The notes beneath the pieces are model-generated. The model was not told the DNA's origin. It saw only the letters and a list, made by a program, of their open reading frames with translations, and searched no databases. A stretch of DNA of 63,583 nucleotides, counting the filler, from Phoronis australis (taxonomy: Eukaryota; Animalia; Phoronida), in the NCBI GenBank assembly GCA_002633005.1. It is 8 parts of 8 records of this genome, joined end to end, with 100 filler letters (N's around TTAATTAATTAA, not from the genome) between each part and the next. Parts side by side here need not be neighbours in the genome. Positions count along the whole stretch, not along the records: positions 24,362 to 44,735 come from NMRA01000803.1; 7 more parts are not named here. One strand, written 5' to 3'. Shown here one piece after another: positions 25,131 to 39,279 of the stretch. Both the position numbers and the translations under genes were made by a program. Every line of letters starts with the position of its first letter. Position 1 is the first letter of the stretch.

Positions 25131-26859
25131 TTAAATTCATATTTTACTTAACTTTAAGATTTGTTTTAACTTCCAAACTTTGAAACTTCTATATTCGGTT
25201 AGTAAGTCAAAATTAAGACAAAACGTATGGCAAACACTTATGTCAAACTTAAGATCTCTTTCTTGAATTGGTTTTGAGACAAATTTAACTTTTATTTTAA
25301 AATTTACAAAAAATTAAAATTTTTCTTAGCTAAGTCAGTTTTGTTGGAAGCGGCCCCAGGTTAAATACCGTTTCTCATCACGAGCAGTCATTCTAGTTAC
25401 TTGGAGGAGAATTCCACTTACACACAGCCGTCACGGCAGAGAATTTTGGGTCAGCTTTATCTGGTTGCTATTGGTGTCTACAGTAATGAACTGTTTTTAT
25501 AATCCTTATACAGCAATTGATTGAACGTGTGGCGTACACAAGTTCAATCATTTGTTGAATAAGGGACATAAAAACCGAAGTCTTCTATTTTGGGATTTAC
25601 TAAGCATCTAACGAAAAATTACTACGATATGCCTAGGACTGACTACCGCAAAACAGGAACGTGTACAGTATGTGCTTCTGAGATGAGTCACATTTTCATG
25701 ACCAGTTCCCAACACAAAGGTTATCTTTTCAAACAAAATTCACTGCCCATGGCTGCTTTTCCTGAGTTCATCATCCAACAGGGTCCCTTTGGCCAAAATC
25801 CCAGATCGCCAAACAAAATATCAAGTCGCTAAAATTGAAAAGATCTCCGCCAGTAAGAAATTCTAAGATCCCTATTCGGCGTAAATTTTCCTCGACCAAA
25901 AAATTAGTCCTCCCGCTGACGACCCCCTAATGAGCATGGAATGCAGGCAGCAGCAAGGACTGGTGGAGTGAATTTCGCCAATCTTGCCCGATTTTTGCCA
26001 AACAATTACGACTTCTGCCTGTTTACTTCTTGTTTTAATTTCAACGGAACTATTGTGAATCAAAAGTTGTAGCCGGGAAAACTGTAAGTAAATTAAAGTT
26101 TGGAAATCAACACTAGTCGCAGTGCCGACCTCGTGGCGACTTGGAATTTTCCCAGTTCGCCACACACAATCTGAGGTTGCATTGGCAGCCTGCAGGTCGC
26201 CAAATCGAGCACTAAGAAAATTACATTTTTTGAAAAGAGAAAAATCTAGGATTCGATGCTTTTTACCACTGTGTCTTTATTATTGTTACCTGACCACGTT
26301 TTTAAGTCAAATTTTCAAGTGTAAAAAAGGCACATTCATAACAAAATCAAAATAACCCCTCAGCCAATTTTAATAGAACTTGTTTATGTCTCAAAAATGC
26401 TATATTTTGACCTAAGAAATTAATTTAGGTGCATAACAATGTCAGGAAAAATTTTTGCGACCTAGATTTTATGAATGCGAGTTGTATTTTGAAAATGCGA
26501 TCTGGGATTTTGGTTAGGTAGCAAAAAAGCGCTGCCCTGTATGGGAATGTTCAACTAATTTATCTTTTGGTTGATAAAGTAAAGCACATGAAACTATATG
26601 GAAATATTTACCTGTAAATAATACATTGGATACAAATAGACTGACAAAATCGCAGTTATCTCTCTTTCATTTTTGTAAATTACTAAAATATATTTAAATT
26701 ATTTATAGAACTTTGGCACAGTAATAAAATGTGACTGTTAGCAAACAATTTATTGTATCTGGCTAATCGAACTGCATCAAACTAAACTGCATGAATCTAT
26801 ATATTAAAACGCTAATTTCGGACCTGGATATTGTGGGCAACTGCCGTTCAACTCCGTCG

Positions 26860-27259
26860 GACAGAAACTTCTCGAGAGGGGCCGCGAGGACACCCGCCCC
26901 CGCCCCACGCCTCCTTCCCTATTGTTCCCGTGAAGGAAAATCTCCGTCCGGGTTCTGTGGCCGTAAATCCCCGGCGTGTTCTATATTGTAATGAGTCATG
27001 GCCTCAGTCGATCCGGCGTACGCGCTACTTTCGTATTCGTCCGCGGCCTGAGTTTACCGTTTACGCCGCGTGCTCAATATCCGGCGAGAGAATTCAAAGA
27101 AACTACTCTCAACTTTGACTAATTTTCTTAAATTCAAGTAAAGCGAAGGGCCGGCCTCGGTGTTATGCGCACTCATTCGCCGCCGCGTAGGAGTAATCTG
27201 TGTGCTGCCGTGAGAGTTCCTCGCTTATTCGTCCAGTTAAAAGTTCTTTTATATCAGAG
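26860..27259 (+). promoter_or_regulatory. CpG-rich promoter plus non-coding first exon
   Basis: Local CpG/GC enrichment, GC boxes CCCGCCCCCGCCCC at about 26894, TGAGTCA at 26992, strong donor AG|GTAAGT at 27259/27260. Confidence 0.5.
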
Positions 27260-28125
27260 GTAAGTGGTCAAGATTTCAATCTTTTTTCCAGTCTTTAGTG
27301 CAGTGCCAAAAATATATGTAAATCCACTTTTTGTCCATGTTTTGTGAAAAGCGAACCAAGGCCCATGCAGTCAACATTTCCCTTTGTCACCGGCGTAGGC
27401 TTGCAACTACTAACCCACAGTCAACAGCGTTTCCCGTTTTAATCACTTATTTTGGCGTTAAGTCCTGATGTGGAATCAGTTCTGATGTGGAATATTACGG
27501 TCATATACAGTAGACAATCACCACATTTTTACAGTTTGGGCTCAAATTGAATTACAAACAAAGACAGTTTCAAGTGTTCGGATCAGAGTTTCCCGCACCA
27601 GGTCAGGTGTTAATGTTTATCTGGGTTTACCTTCTGCCACATTGGACTGGTACTGAATGACTGACACAATACCGCTGAGTACTTTCTTTTAATGGTTAAA
27701 AGTTTTCAAGTTACCACGTCTCGAATCGCATCCACATCTTCACGTGTGACACTTCAATGTTCTTGTGTGTGTCATGACTCATAATAGTTAGTAAAAATCC
27801 AAACCTGTCAGAAATACGTAACAGTCAACCTAGCAGGCAATCTTTATTACTGCAAAAAGCCCGTATGCTGCAGGTTACTCAAACCTGATGGAAGCTCCGG
27901 CAAACCTGCCCTGAGTTCAGTAACGTTAGGACTGAAAAGTATTATTACGTGAGATGTTGCCGTGTATGTTAAATGAGAACGCGTGATTTTGGCTAGATTT
28001 TTGTGAGGTCTTGCCATTACTCTACCCTGTTGAAGCGACATGTTAAAACTGGCCGTGTAGCACACTGATGTATCCAAATGGCTCCCAAGTATATTTGATC
28101 GCTGTGTTTCTTTTCTTTTTTACAG

Positions 28126-28774
28126 GTACCGGTTACTACGAAAAAACAACTCAGGATTGGATATGCCTTATCGTAAATAAGGCCTAATTATTTAAAAATC
28201 TCGATTATTGGCTGAAAACTTCATTTTCATAATTGGAAAAGAGGGAGCAAAGAGTTTTATTGGGCGAAGGTCGTTGAACTTGACAGTCTACGAAGTTTAA
28301 TTCTCCGTGAACCCAATCGAACATCATTTGAATATCTGCTACAATACAAGGTCAGGTACTGGATAAATTGAAAGAGGCATGTGGTTAGACTCCATTTGCT
28401 GTAAGAAAATACAGTGAAAGACCAGCGTTTGAAATACACGCGGTGGTCCGGGGCCAGTAAACTTTCACATATAGCCCCTATGTGGATGAGGTCTCATATT
28501 CAAGTAACTGACCCCCAGTGAGCCAGCACATTTATTTGCTGAAGGTCAAACGCTGTGTGACACGTGTTCCGCAGAAGCTGCTCATTCTTCATGCCAATGC
28601 CGCTGCGCTTTCTCTTTGCCACATCCTGTTTGCACAGCAATCGACTTCATGTTCTTCTATGACGGAAATAGCACCAAGATAATTTGAGAGAGGGCTTCCT
28701 TCACTGCAGCTAAACACGTGAAACCTACATTCATGAAAAGACCTGTACATGTGAATTTGAGGTATGGTAATAAA
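28126..28774 (+). ncRNA. Candidate second exon of a spliced, apparently non-coding transcript
   Basis: Strong acceptor TTTCTTTTCTTTTTTACAG at 28125; only short ORFs; AATAAA at 28769. Confidence 0.35.
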
Positions 28775-29897
28775 GACGCAATGCGTGGACCTACTTCGTG
28801 GTGTTACCACCACCACATTTGTGTATGGTGAAATAACTATAACAATGGGTTTTAACAAAAACTGAAATTGGATAAGGGAAAAATTGATTACAATAGCAAA
28901 TAATACTTAAAAGTTTTGAAAACACCACATCTTTTACGTGATATTTTTGTTTCCTAACTCAAGCATGTATCACCAGGGCAACTCCCCATGCTCAGAGTAA
29001 ACCCGGCTAAAGCTAATTTCCTTACACTAGCTGGTATCCGTGCAAAGCGCGGGTTCCAGCTAGTTGAAGAGTACAGTAAAAAAGACCATCTAGAAAGGAC
29101 AAAGTTTACGGAGTCATTTGAGCACCCAGACAAGACATGGATTTATTGAAAGATAATTTTATTAAGGTTGTTAACCTGCAAAGTTCATGAAAGTCACGGA
29201 TATATTCATGAAAAAAATACTTAGCCATCACCATGGAACCATTTGGAGTATGCATGTAACACAATCTCCAAATTAAAATCTTTCTAAATTAAAATCTTTC
29301 TGTTCTAGCCTTGGTGTAAAAGCTGTGTACTAAGTTTACAGCTTTGTGACAATGCATGTGGGTAAAAAAGGAACCAAATAAAATCTGACACAAAATTTTT
29401 GTCATTAAAACCTACACTTTTCCTTGAGCAAACTAAATTATGTAACAGTGTTGGAAAATTTGGCGTTCTTCCTCAAACGCGTCCCAATAACTTTTACACT
29501 TGCGACATGTAGCGACGTGACATTTTTTAATTTAAAAATAGATCACAAACTCGTTCTCCTTGGTGTAGTCCGGGGCTTTTACTCCTTGAAAAGAAAACCT
29601 GTCAGTGTCAAGACTCAAACAATATTTGACACGACTACTGCGCAGAAAATTGGTAAAGTCAGTAATGAATTAGGAGAGATTCATGTAATAAGAAAGTAAT
29701 TAATGTAAATCATGAGTTCGTGTTGCATGTTTGAAACTGCTCGACCGAGTTCAATTTTATTTCCCAAGTAACTTAATCCCGTCGGACCGGTTCACCAGCA
29801 CCCCGCGAGTGTAAAAACTTATTGAGAGAGTGGATCGCGACCTATCGCAAGCTCCGCCCATATGCGAAAAGTCACGTGGTACCCGACAATCGAATGA

Positions 29898-30168
29898 GAT
29901 GTCAGAGGCAAATACACTGTCGCTAAATGACGTTCCTGGTGGAATCGATGAGTGTTTTTGCACTACTTGAAAACGCTTCGACAGAGACAAGAGGCGATGC
30001 TTTTCAACAGAGAATCGTACGTTCATGATATGGGAATTTGTAAAGGTGACGATGAAAAAATAAGTGTTCGAGGAGCCAGCGAAAATCCGAAGAACCCCTC
30101 GGCCTCGGGGCCACCTTCGCCTGACGAATGACAAGGCCACTGATACGATATGTTCATGTAAAGCTGGG
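29898..30168 (+). pseudogene. SWIM-zinc-finger ORF start (YqaJ-exonuclease accessory gene type)
   Basis: ESYVHDM...ISVRG...QRKSEEP...DTICSCKAG followed by gtatgt; frameshifted. Confidence 0.6.
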
Positions 30169-30531
30169 TATGTACCTTAAAGTCGAATTATCTGTACGAT
30201 TCCATAGATTTCATGATCTTTCGAATAAAATCAGTGAAGATTCACCATCATTTTTATTCTGTCGTCTGCTAAATTTCCCCAAATGAAAAGTAGGTCACAA
30301 CTGGTGGGACTCCTGGAGTAAAGTAGGTCATAGATTACAGACAACACATACTCTATAGTCTCTGACTAGGTCGACTCGATAGCACTGTTTACGCTTTTCT
30401 AATCTTGTAACGAAACATTTTGATCAAAGAATTCAGGTCCATAGCTCAGGTACACACTCATCTCGTCCTAGGCAAACAGTTAGCTCCGGTAGGTCTAGGG
30501 CTGTGTCTAAGTCAAATCAATGTCTGGAATT

Positions 30532-30842
30532 CAGTGGCGGATCGAGGATACCACAAGGGGGCCCAATATATGTTGCCTCGTGGAATTGGGCAAAGTGCGA
30601 TTGGATGTGCATAAGCGACCCGAAAGTTGCAGGGGCCGGGGATGTAGACCTTTGGACCTCGGTTCAGAAAATCTATCGGCGGACTAAAAAATTCCGCCGC
30701 GATTTGGGGTCTGAGCCCCCTTCTTCCGCTACCGGTCCTAGTTACTGAACTTTAATATTTCCTCACGCTTCACGCTTTTGCTGTTTCATTTTGCTTGCGG
30801 CAGCCAAGGAAGGGGGAGGCAGCCCCCCTAAATCCGCCTATG
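30532..30842. mobile_element. MITE family B-type copy with TSD GAATT
   Basis: CAGTGGCGGATC...AATCCGCCTATG flanked by GAATT. Confidence 0.75.
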
Positions 30843-31504
30843 GAATTGTTCGTTTGCACCATAAAGACATTTAAATTAGGCCTACCTGCTTATGAACCTG
30901 ATATTTTTTGTAGTTTCATTCCATAAAGATAGCTTTCATTTAATTTTGAAAGTAACATGATCACTAAGTCGTGGTATGGTTACAAAAGATTACAAGTCTG
31001 GTGTGGTAGTTGCAAAAATAGGGTATTTACAAATTCTTTTTTAAGGCTTCATAAATCTAAATATCATGTTTGAACAACTTCAAAATGAGCTCTCTCAAAC
31101 TCTGCAGACATAGTGTATACTAGAGGTACACGTCAAAAAGTAATTCAACAGTTTATTTGTAGTGTCAACAGCTCGACCAAGGCTTTGAGTTCCGGCAGTA
31201 ATCCAGTGCCCTTCCCTGTGCCGATCGAATCTCGGAATTTTGACCGGGAGAGAAGTTCTGTTGAATGCCAGCCTACGGTTTATGAATAAAAAAATGTACC
31301 TCTGATACGAAATAAAATAATGTCCATTAGGCTGAAATAAATAAAAAAACACAAAATAAAAATGCCCTTGAAAACAATTTCCGGGAGCTACCGCTAGAGT
31401 GCTGAGATCCAGCAGGTGCCAAGACAAAGGCGGCCAGACGTAGGAAACTCGGGAGTCAAAATCTGAGATAGCCCTACACCATAGCCACCAAGCTGAAAAG
31501 TGCG

Positions 31505-31721
31505 TATCTTGGAACTAATATATTTGTGTTTATTATAGCCTTCGAGTTATCAAGCAACATCGCTAAGTTCAGCTGCTCGTGTGGCCGTACAGTTTGATCC
31601 ATAGTTACGCTTTTCAACATCATTTTTCGGCTTAGGACATGCCAAAAATGACGGGATATTATTCTGGAGCAGCATAACGGCTGTCGGTGCTACACACGCC
31701 ATATAAACACCGTTTCCCCAT
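31505..31721 (-). pseudogene. THAP-domain transposase N-terminus, degenerate
   Basis: MGKRCLYGVCSTDSRY...CPKPKNDVEK...WIKL..PHEQLN...NKHKYISSK, with stops and frameshifts. Confidence 0.75.
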
Positions 31722-32253
31722 TCTTAGCGGACAATTTCTTGAGCTATTGACTAAAGTAAGTTTTACTCGACTACGTGTGGTTTGTTGGGTAAAATGGCGG
31801 CTTGGAAACGCAGACGAAGGTGTGCCAAGAATGCTGCGTTCTGATTGGTCAATTAAGCCGTCCGTCATAAACCTGGCGATAGGTCAATTCTGCATGCTTA
31901 AGTTGTGGTGCTGTCTTTTGCGTCGGCTTTCGGCGTCATGATTTATTGCGTCACCTATTGGCCAGTTTCGTTTTCCCCGATTTTTTCAGTCAACTTTTCT
32001 TCTCTTCCACGAGGTTGCGTACATGTCACAACCAATTATTGGATCTGGTTTCATTTCGTTACATCTCAAGTTTTTTATGCGCTACCGGGGGTTCGTGATG
32101 GGGCTGCTGTATAGTAATAGGCCTACTTAATTAACGACTGGGGTATGCTATGACACACCATAGTGATGTTTACCATCAATACAAGTATTTTGACACTATA
32201 GTAAGCCTTTAGTTGGCTCCGCCCATGCCCTAGTTGCACTCGATGCATTGGAA

Positions 32254-35200
32254 ATCGACTTAAAGCCTAATTAAACGTTTTTGTGATAGATTAAGTTAGT
32301 TAATTACGCACTGCAAATTCAGTTGCGCGTGAATGTTGAAATAATGAACACGGCTAAGGGAGTATAGATTATATTGACCAAAAACAAGCCGAAAGCCTTC
32401 AGATTTCCGCCTGTCCCAAATTAATCGGCTTTTTCAAAGAGCTTCGGCATAAAACTGTTGCGCTAACCGGATAAAAAGACCTAGTTTTTTGCGTAATGTA
32501 ACAAAGACGAATGCGACTGCTATTTTTTACAAAAATACCTTACGTTTTGTTGATTTGTCATAGAACCAAACTATAAGACTAATCGAAAATTTGCTGATGA
32601 TTGTCACGTGTCTTAGGGTTAACCTTTGTTCTCAGTAACCATATGTTTCCTGTCATTCTTTCGCTTTACGTTTGAGTTTGATCTCTCTTCATTTTTCCCA
32701 CCCACTACCACCCGCTTTTTTGGTGGTAAGTGCTGCGTTTTTATTGCTCATCTTTCCACATATTATTATTATTGTTGGTGAAAGAATTTTCATAACTAAC
32801 GATTTTTAGTTGAATATACAACTTCCGTAATTTTGGATAATAGTCGAATATAACGTAAATTTGGATAATAGTCTGTTAAAACGTAATTTTGGGCAAAATT
32901 TTGCTGTCCACATTACAATGAAATTAACACTAAATGTGTTGCAAATATTTATTCGCATATATCTTCACCATCAGTAATATGTTTGCAAAATAGTTTATTA
33001 ATAATTTGTGAATTTTAACAACTTAATCAAAAGCACCAGAACCATAATGATTTTTAGAGTACTTCTGGGAAAATTTTGTCGTTTTAAATGAATCTAGAAT
33101 TTATTATGACCAAAACACCTTTCTAGTGAAGTTATTTATTGAACTCAGTGCATTCGCGCAACAAGTACCAGCAGACTTGTCGACCATTAGTAATACATTA
33201 TCAGTTCTAAAGACAGGCAATGTATTGATGAGCGATACTATGAGAGCAAATTTCTTAGAAATCTAACCATCACATCGTCGCAATCGTTCATATTGAACTA
33301 CATCATTTCGTTACCAAAACAAACAACAAACATCAATCGGTTATTATCAACAGAGTCAATAAAATGTAACCAATGAGATACATTTCGTATTGAACCACAG
33401 CGTTTCATTACCAAAACATACAAGCGGGTTAGACACACGCCATCCAATCATAGAGAAATTTGAGACTCTGGGCAATATAATTCACAGTTATAAAGTACAG
33501 TACGCTAACGGAATGAAACAAGTACCATAGCCAACATTGAAGTTGAAATGATTTTGGCATTTCTTGTTTTACGATAGTTTTCTCTGAACTATAACATTTG
33601 AAATAACCAGCTTTGTGTACAATATGATGCCGTACAGATTAAAAGCAAAATTATTTTCTGACTAGAACGATACGTAACAAGGGCATTTCGTCTCATATTT
33701 TTATTCAAAGTTCCTTGTAAAACCCTTTTTCTGCTAACAAATTCAGACTACTGCACATGCAAAACACAACAATAAAACTGAAACATGGCATATGTAAACA
33801 CAGATAATTAATCGCATTCGAGCTACATTTCGACCTGTTAAGCTGGCTAAAATGAAAATCTAATTTGTCCATTACTCTCTAAAATCGGCTCTCTACCAAC
33901 AAAAACATTGAAACCATCATGATCTGAAAAAGCGCCTCAGAGTTTATTGGCGTTGGCGAATCCTGAAGTAGCAATTTCGAAAACAACGCATGTTCGCGTT
34001 GCCTGTAACTTGACTTGCAGCTCTGATACGTCGTAAATTGTAACAATTGCGTAAAATGTAGCAACTGTTCCATTTTACGACATTGTTACATTTCACTTTG
34101 CTAAGCCTCTCCTAACTTGTTACATTTTACGTGGTTGTTACGTTTTACGGCGAATGCGCATGCAAGAAATGTACCGTCGTTACATTTTACGAAACCAATG
34201 TTATATCACAAAGTAGATTACCAAAATCACGAAAAAGTAGTATCTGACAAGACCGGGGTGTAATCGAGTATTTTTGGACTAGGGATGCCGCCCGAAAACT
34301 TGTATACCTATCTCTTTAGAGAGTGGGCTCTGACAAAACTTCAGGCTGGCACATGTGACAGAATTTCATTCAAACAATTTAAGGGAGAAGCTGTTAAGTG
34401 TGTGGATCGTTTTCCTCTGTGTGACAAATACCATGCAAACTCTTGAAATATGATGTCGCTTTCGTAAAATGTTACATTTCTCGCATGTGCATTCGACGTA
34501 TATTGTATCAATTACATAAAACGTAACCGCTTGTTACCACAATTTAGGAGGGACTTAACAACGTAAAATGTATCACTATTACATTTTAGGAATGTAACAG
34601 TTGTTACATTTTATGAAATTGTTACATTTGCGGCGTATCGCGGATCAATCGGTTCCAATTCAAGATCGGTTGAGCATGATAATATTTTAAACACCAATTA
34701 AAGCGCTTCGGTTAAAAATTTAACATGGAAACCTAAGTAGTGACAAGGTGATCATTTAAAGCGGCTGTAAACCAGGGTTACGTTCAGGAAGAGAACGTTT
34801 GGTTTATACCACTTAATGCCAAAAATTTGGTCTCAACTTGTCCGTTATTCAGATCAGAATGGATTTCAGGGTTTGCAAAAAAGCTAAAAATTATTAGTTA
34901 TTCCTTGAGGCCATGCTCGGGGCATAAAATGCCACGCCGTGATAAGCCATTTTGAGTGGCCTGGCTTCAAAAACAACGACCTGCCATTTCTTGTGAAATA
35001 TGCTTATTTCTAACTTCTTTACGATCTACAGAGCATACCTACACACCAAAAGAAGCAATGAAATCTTTTGGTGAGAGGTCGTAACATATCAAAATAAAGG
35101 CTATCCCAGAGCCAAAAACCAGTTCGCTTATTTCAGGGATCAGTTTACAAAAAGTGGGACAAATTGACCCGTACGGCCTCTAGTCTACGGGCCAATTTGG

Positions 35201-36038
35201 AGGACTCGTGGACAATGTTAATCTTTTATCTCTTTTCGCTTCCAATTTTAATGGGCCCATTGCGACAATGAAATAGTTTTAGCGCCAAGGTCGCAGGACA
35301 CGCTTTTAAGATTATTTTTGTTATTTTGTAGTTGTTTAAGGTTATCTCAAACCTTATTTAGTGGACTCCATTCTAATTCCTATATCAAAAAACTAGAGGT
35401 TGTCAACTAGTAAAAGTATATATTTTTTGATTGAAAAAAGGACAGGGATTATAAAAATGTGTTTTTATTTGTGTACCTTCATTATTATTATGTTAACACG
35501 TTTTTAAGTCAAAATTTCATTTTTAAGAAAGGTGCGTTCATAGAAAAATAACCCCTCGGTCAATTTTAAAGAAACCTTTTTTAAATGAAAACTTCACCAG
35601 TTACCTCAAAAACGCTGCGAGGAATTTTCGAATAGTCGCTTGGTGTCAACTCGCAAAAGGTAAGGTAAAAAAGCATTCGTATTTGTCTTTGTTGCTTTAC
35701 GCAAAAACTAGGCTTTTATATCAAAAATCCTAACAGCGTTTTCGAGATTGATGACTTAATATTGAGTTTGGAAAGTTTCCTCGAAATCCACCGAGCCGTT
35801 TTTGAAAACTCGTGCTCCTAAGTTAAAATTAAGACGATTTGCCGAAGCAGAGAAAAAGCCGATTAATTCGTGAGCGATGAAAGTCTCAAGGTTTTCGATT
35901 AATTATTCGGTGAAAACTTGGTTTTGGTCGACGTAACCTATACACCTCATTATTTCAACATTCACGCGCAATGTCATCTGAATTTTCAGTGCGCAATTAA
36001 TTTATTATCACAAAAATCTTTAATTTAAACCAAGTCGA
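32254..36038. repeat. Long degenerate inverted repeat pair (~32254-32600 and ~35600-36038)
   Basis: Shared blocks in inverted orientation, e.g. TTGCGCGTGAATGTTGAAATAATGA and CCTAGTTTTT(T)GCGTAA...AACAAAGAC. Confidence 0.65.
34025..34639. mobile_element. MITE with ~170-bp TIRs rich in TGTTACATTTTACG
   Basis: GATACGTCGTAAATTGTAACAA...TTGTTACATTTGCGGCGTATC inverted arms. Confidence 0.7.
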
Positions 36039-36342
36039 TGAGGTCACAACATATTAAGAGGGTCAAGCTGTGCATCGTGCTCCAATTTTAAGTAGGTCAA
36101 CAGTTTATTGTTAGACACACTACACACCGGGAGACTGATACGAAATCAAAGCGAACTTCAAAGAATCAAAAGTTTAGTTTTTGCCAATAGCTTTGTAGAC
36201 ATTGAAATAGGCAACTCGTTTCTTGTTCCTGATCTCAGTTCTTCGTCTCATTGCCATCGTGTGTTGGTCTCCGCACTCAATCTGCTGCACGCGACCAACT
36301 GTAAGAGGCATGCAAAGGTACGACTTAATAATGTGTATTCTA

Positions 36343-36783
36343 CAGTGCCCGGTTGCTTGAAACAGTTCCAAATAGGGACTCAACGAAGTTCCTTAAATCT
36401 TTTGCCTATTTGTGTCGTTTTTTTACTCACAGATGCAATATTTTTCTATCATTTTATCTTTATTATAAGCTCCTCTTTGACTAATGGTATTTCCTAATAA
36501 TATAACTGAAAACTGAGTCCTTAATTAAGTCATAAAAAATTAGGGACTTGGTCCTTAAATTAGGTGCGTTGCATGAAAAGATCCCTACTTATTTTCAATA
36601 ATATTGAGAATTCAACTTATAGTTTCTTCTCGATTCGTATCAAAGTCAAAACTTGACTTGGTAATGAGACTTTAACAGCACACGAAAGGGCAATCAGTGT
36701 CTTCACAAGCCTACAAATACTCAGTAGATTTAGGGAACTTAGTTGAGTCCCTATTTGGGACTGTTTCATGCAACCGGGCACAG
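36343..36783. mobile_element. MITE family A copy 3
   Basis: Same TIRs and internal sequence as 3396-3834. Confidence 0.85.
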
Positions 36784-39279
36784 GATAACAGCTCAACGCA
36801 AAATTTGAGGTTTCCGGCGCTAACACCATCCCCTGCAACATTACGTGTTCGTGAACAGACAACAGTTGTGTGTTTCATGAAGGCAACTTGAGACAGAAAT
36901 TTGGTCCCACGCTCCTTCGTCATGATTGCTTAAAAGGTTTAGCCAAGAAATTAAGAGTGCATCTCAGTCTACAAAATAATTCTTAGAAATTATCTCGGTA
37001 ACTAGCAGTTATGTGAATATTCAAGAATTCGCATTTTTGCTCAAGTGAAATTTAGTTATTTTTCAGAAAAAAACATGTGTGTAGTCTTAAGTCATTTTCT
37101 TGAAGCAGACCTCAGGGATGTGTCAGGTTCAATATTATACACAATGATTTACAAACAACAGCAACGAACAGCAGCAACAGAACAACGACATAATATTTAA
37201 TGTTGCAGAAAAAGCAATGTCACAGCGAACCAAGGGCGAGTCACTGATTAAGTAACATGAGCGGTTGCTCAGGTCCTGCGGGAATCAGAAGGCCCCTAAC
37301 AATATAAAAAGAGGATGCAGTGTGCAGTAAAAAGGGTTGCCTTAGTTAAGACCACCCATGCGCAGAATGGAAAATAAATCTACTAAAATAAAAAATGAAT
37401 CGTAGGACAATTGCACTCAGCACAACGAGAATGTTGCACAGTGGAGCGAAGCATGGTTGTGCTGAAATCTACCATCGGTGAATGAGTGAGAGTAAGCAAG
37501 TAACAATGCAATAATTGTTCAAAAAAGGGAAATATTTCAACGATTAGAAACTGATTGGTTATGCTTGAGACAACGAGATGGAAAAATGGGGAACTGGGGT
37601 TAATTTGAATACAAGCGTAACTTGTTGTCCCTAATATCTCCTCGGTATTTTGACATATTCGTAGATATTGAAAATTATTCATTTTATGTAACCCAAGTAC
37701 ACTGAACGGAGTTTTAAAGAAAGTCTTGAGTAACTTACCGTGGTCTTGGAAAGAAAGATACTCTCCGGAAACTACGGGCATCAGTGATTGTTTTAATCAT
37801 CGCACAACTCAATAACGACGCATTAACTTAACATTGATGCGAAGAGGTTAAAAGAAAAACATTATCGAAAAACTATAGCCATTCACAAGCAAATTTCAGA
37901 TTGAGTTCGAGGCTACCAATAATTGATCGCTGCCTTCACAGAGCTCGGTTGGAATATTCTTGAACTCGTCAGGAGTTACGAAATCATCGCAAGACATTGT
38001 GAAAAATTGATTCAAATTTCTAAAGCAAACTATGCCAGCTGAACAACGAGATGTTAATTATCAGGGAAAAGGTACAGTACTGGAATTTCAATTAGTATTT
38101 TTAGGATTTATCAATAGTGAAACTTTTCATGACTTTCGTTGTCACGATAAACTGAGTAATACTAACCATTTCGTGGTTAATTTATTAATCTCGCTAATGT
38201 TTCGTAAACACGCTACAGGGACGTCTATATTGTATTTTTGCATCATGAAACTGGAAAAGACAACTGATTAATAACTTTAACGTTGAATTCTCAGTGTACC
38301 CTAAAGTAAATTGTTGGCCATTTTGTTGCCAAAAATAGAAGGTCATGTTAAGTGGAAAATCAGGTTTGTTTTTAAGGCAATTAAAATTGCCTGAAAATAT
38401 CTCACACAAAACTCTGACTTGACGATTTCCTCGCACCTGCGGACATTATTTCCCCAAAAAATAAATGCAGTAAATTCACATTTTCTCAATGTTTCTGCGT
38501 GGTTTCACTGTGTCATTGCTAAGACAAAGAACATATTTTTATTTTGATAGGCTTCTCAATCTTTCCTTCTTGCTTCAGTATAAAATGAACACGAATTTTT
38601 GTCTTAAGATAATCTTAAAATTTAATTTCAAGAAAGGCAACACTTTCTCAATTCTGCAGGAATTTGCTGGATATAATCGAACTAGAATGGGTTTTTTACA
38701 GATATGGCTTTATGTATTTAACTTTTTACATGCTTAATTTACATGCTTCTATTTAATATTTGAAACTCCAAATAAATGTCGCATTCTAAGATTTGACCAT
38801 TTTTCGCACGAATTCGTAGAAACGACATTTTCACATTCAACGCATATTTCTATTTAACGGATATGTACTACGCTAACTGGACACACTGAGCTCAGTTATT
38901 CAGTTCACGTTTACTGTCACGTTCGCGTAGAAATTAGCTGTTGCGAAACCAATTTATGTTACTGTAACATGAATCAGCACCCGCAATTACGTAAGCGTCA
39001 TAATTCCCGCCCATGTTGCTTTGCAAAACCTCTATCACCATAATCCTTACTTTGGGAATGAAATAAATTACTTGTCCTATATTTTAATACCCGTACACAA
39101 ACATTATTTTTCACTTATATTTTAAATCGATTTTGACCTACGAATAAATTTTGTTAAGGATGCATGAAGCTACTCAGAACAGCAAGGAAAGATTCGTTAC
39201 TAGTTTCCGAATGTAGTTTCCTCTTCAGTTTTACCTGCCTGATGTTAATATGGAACACAAATGGCTCCACAAATGCTGG

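Larger units (their letters stand above)
29839..31885. mobile_element. ISL2EU/Harbinger-related transposon, internally deleted
   Basis: TIR GACCTATCGC(A/C)AG at both ends, with two convergent pseudogene starts: SWIM-like on + and THAP on -. Confidence 0.65.
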
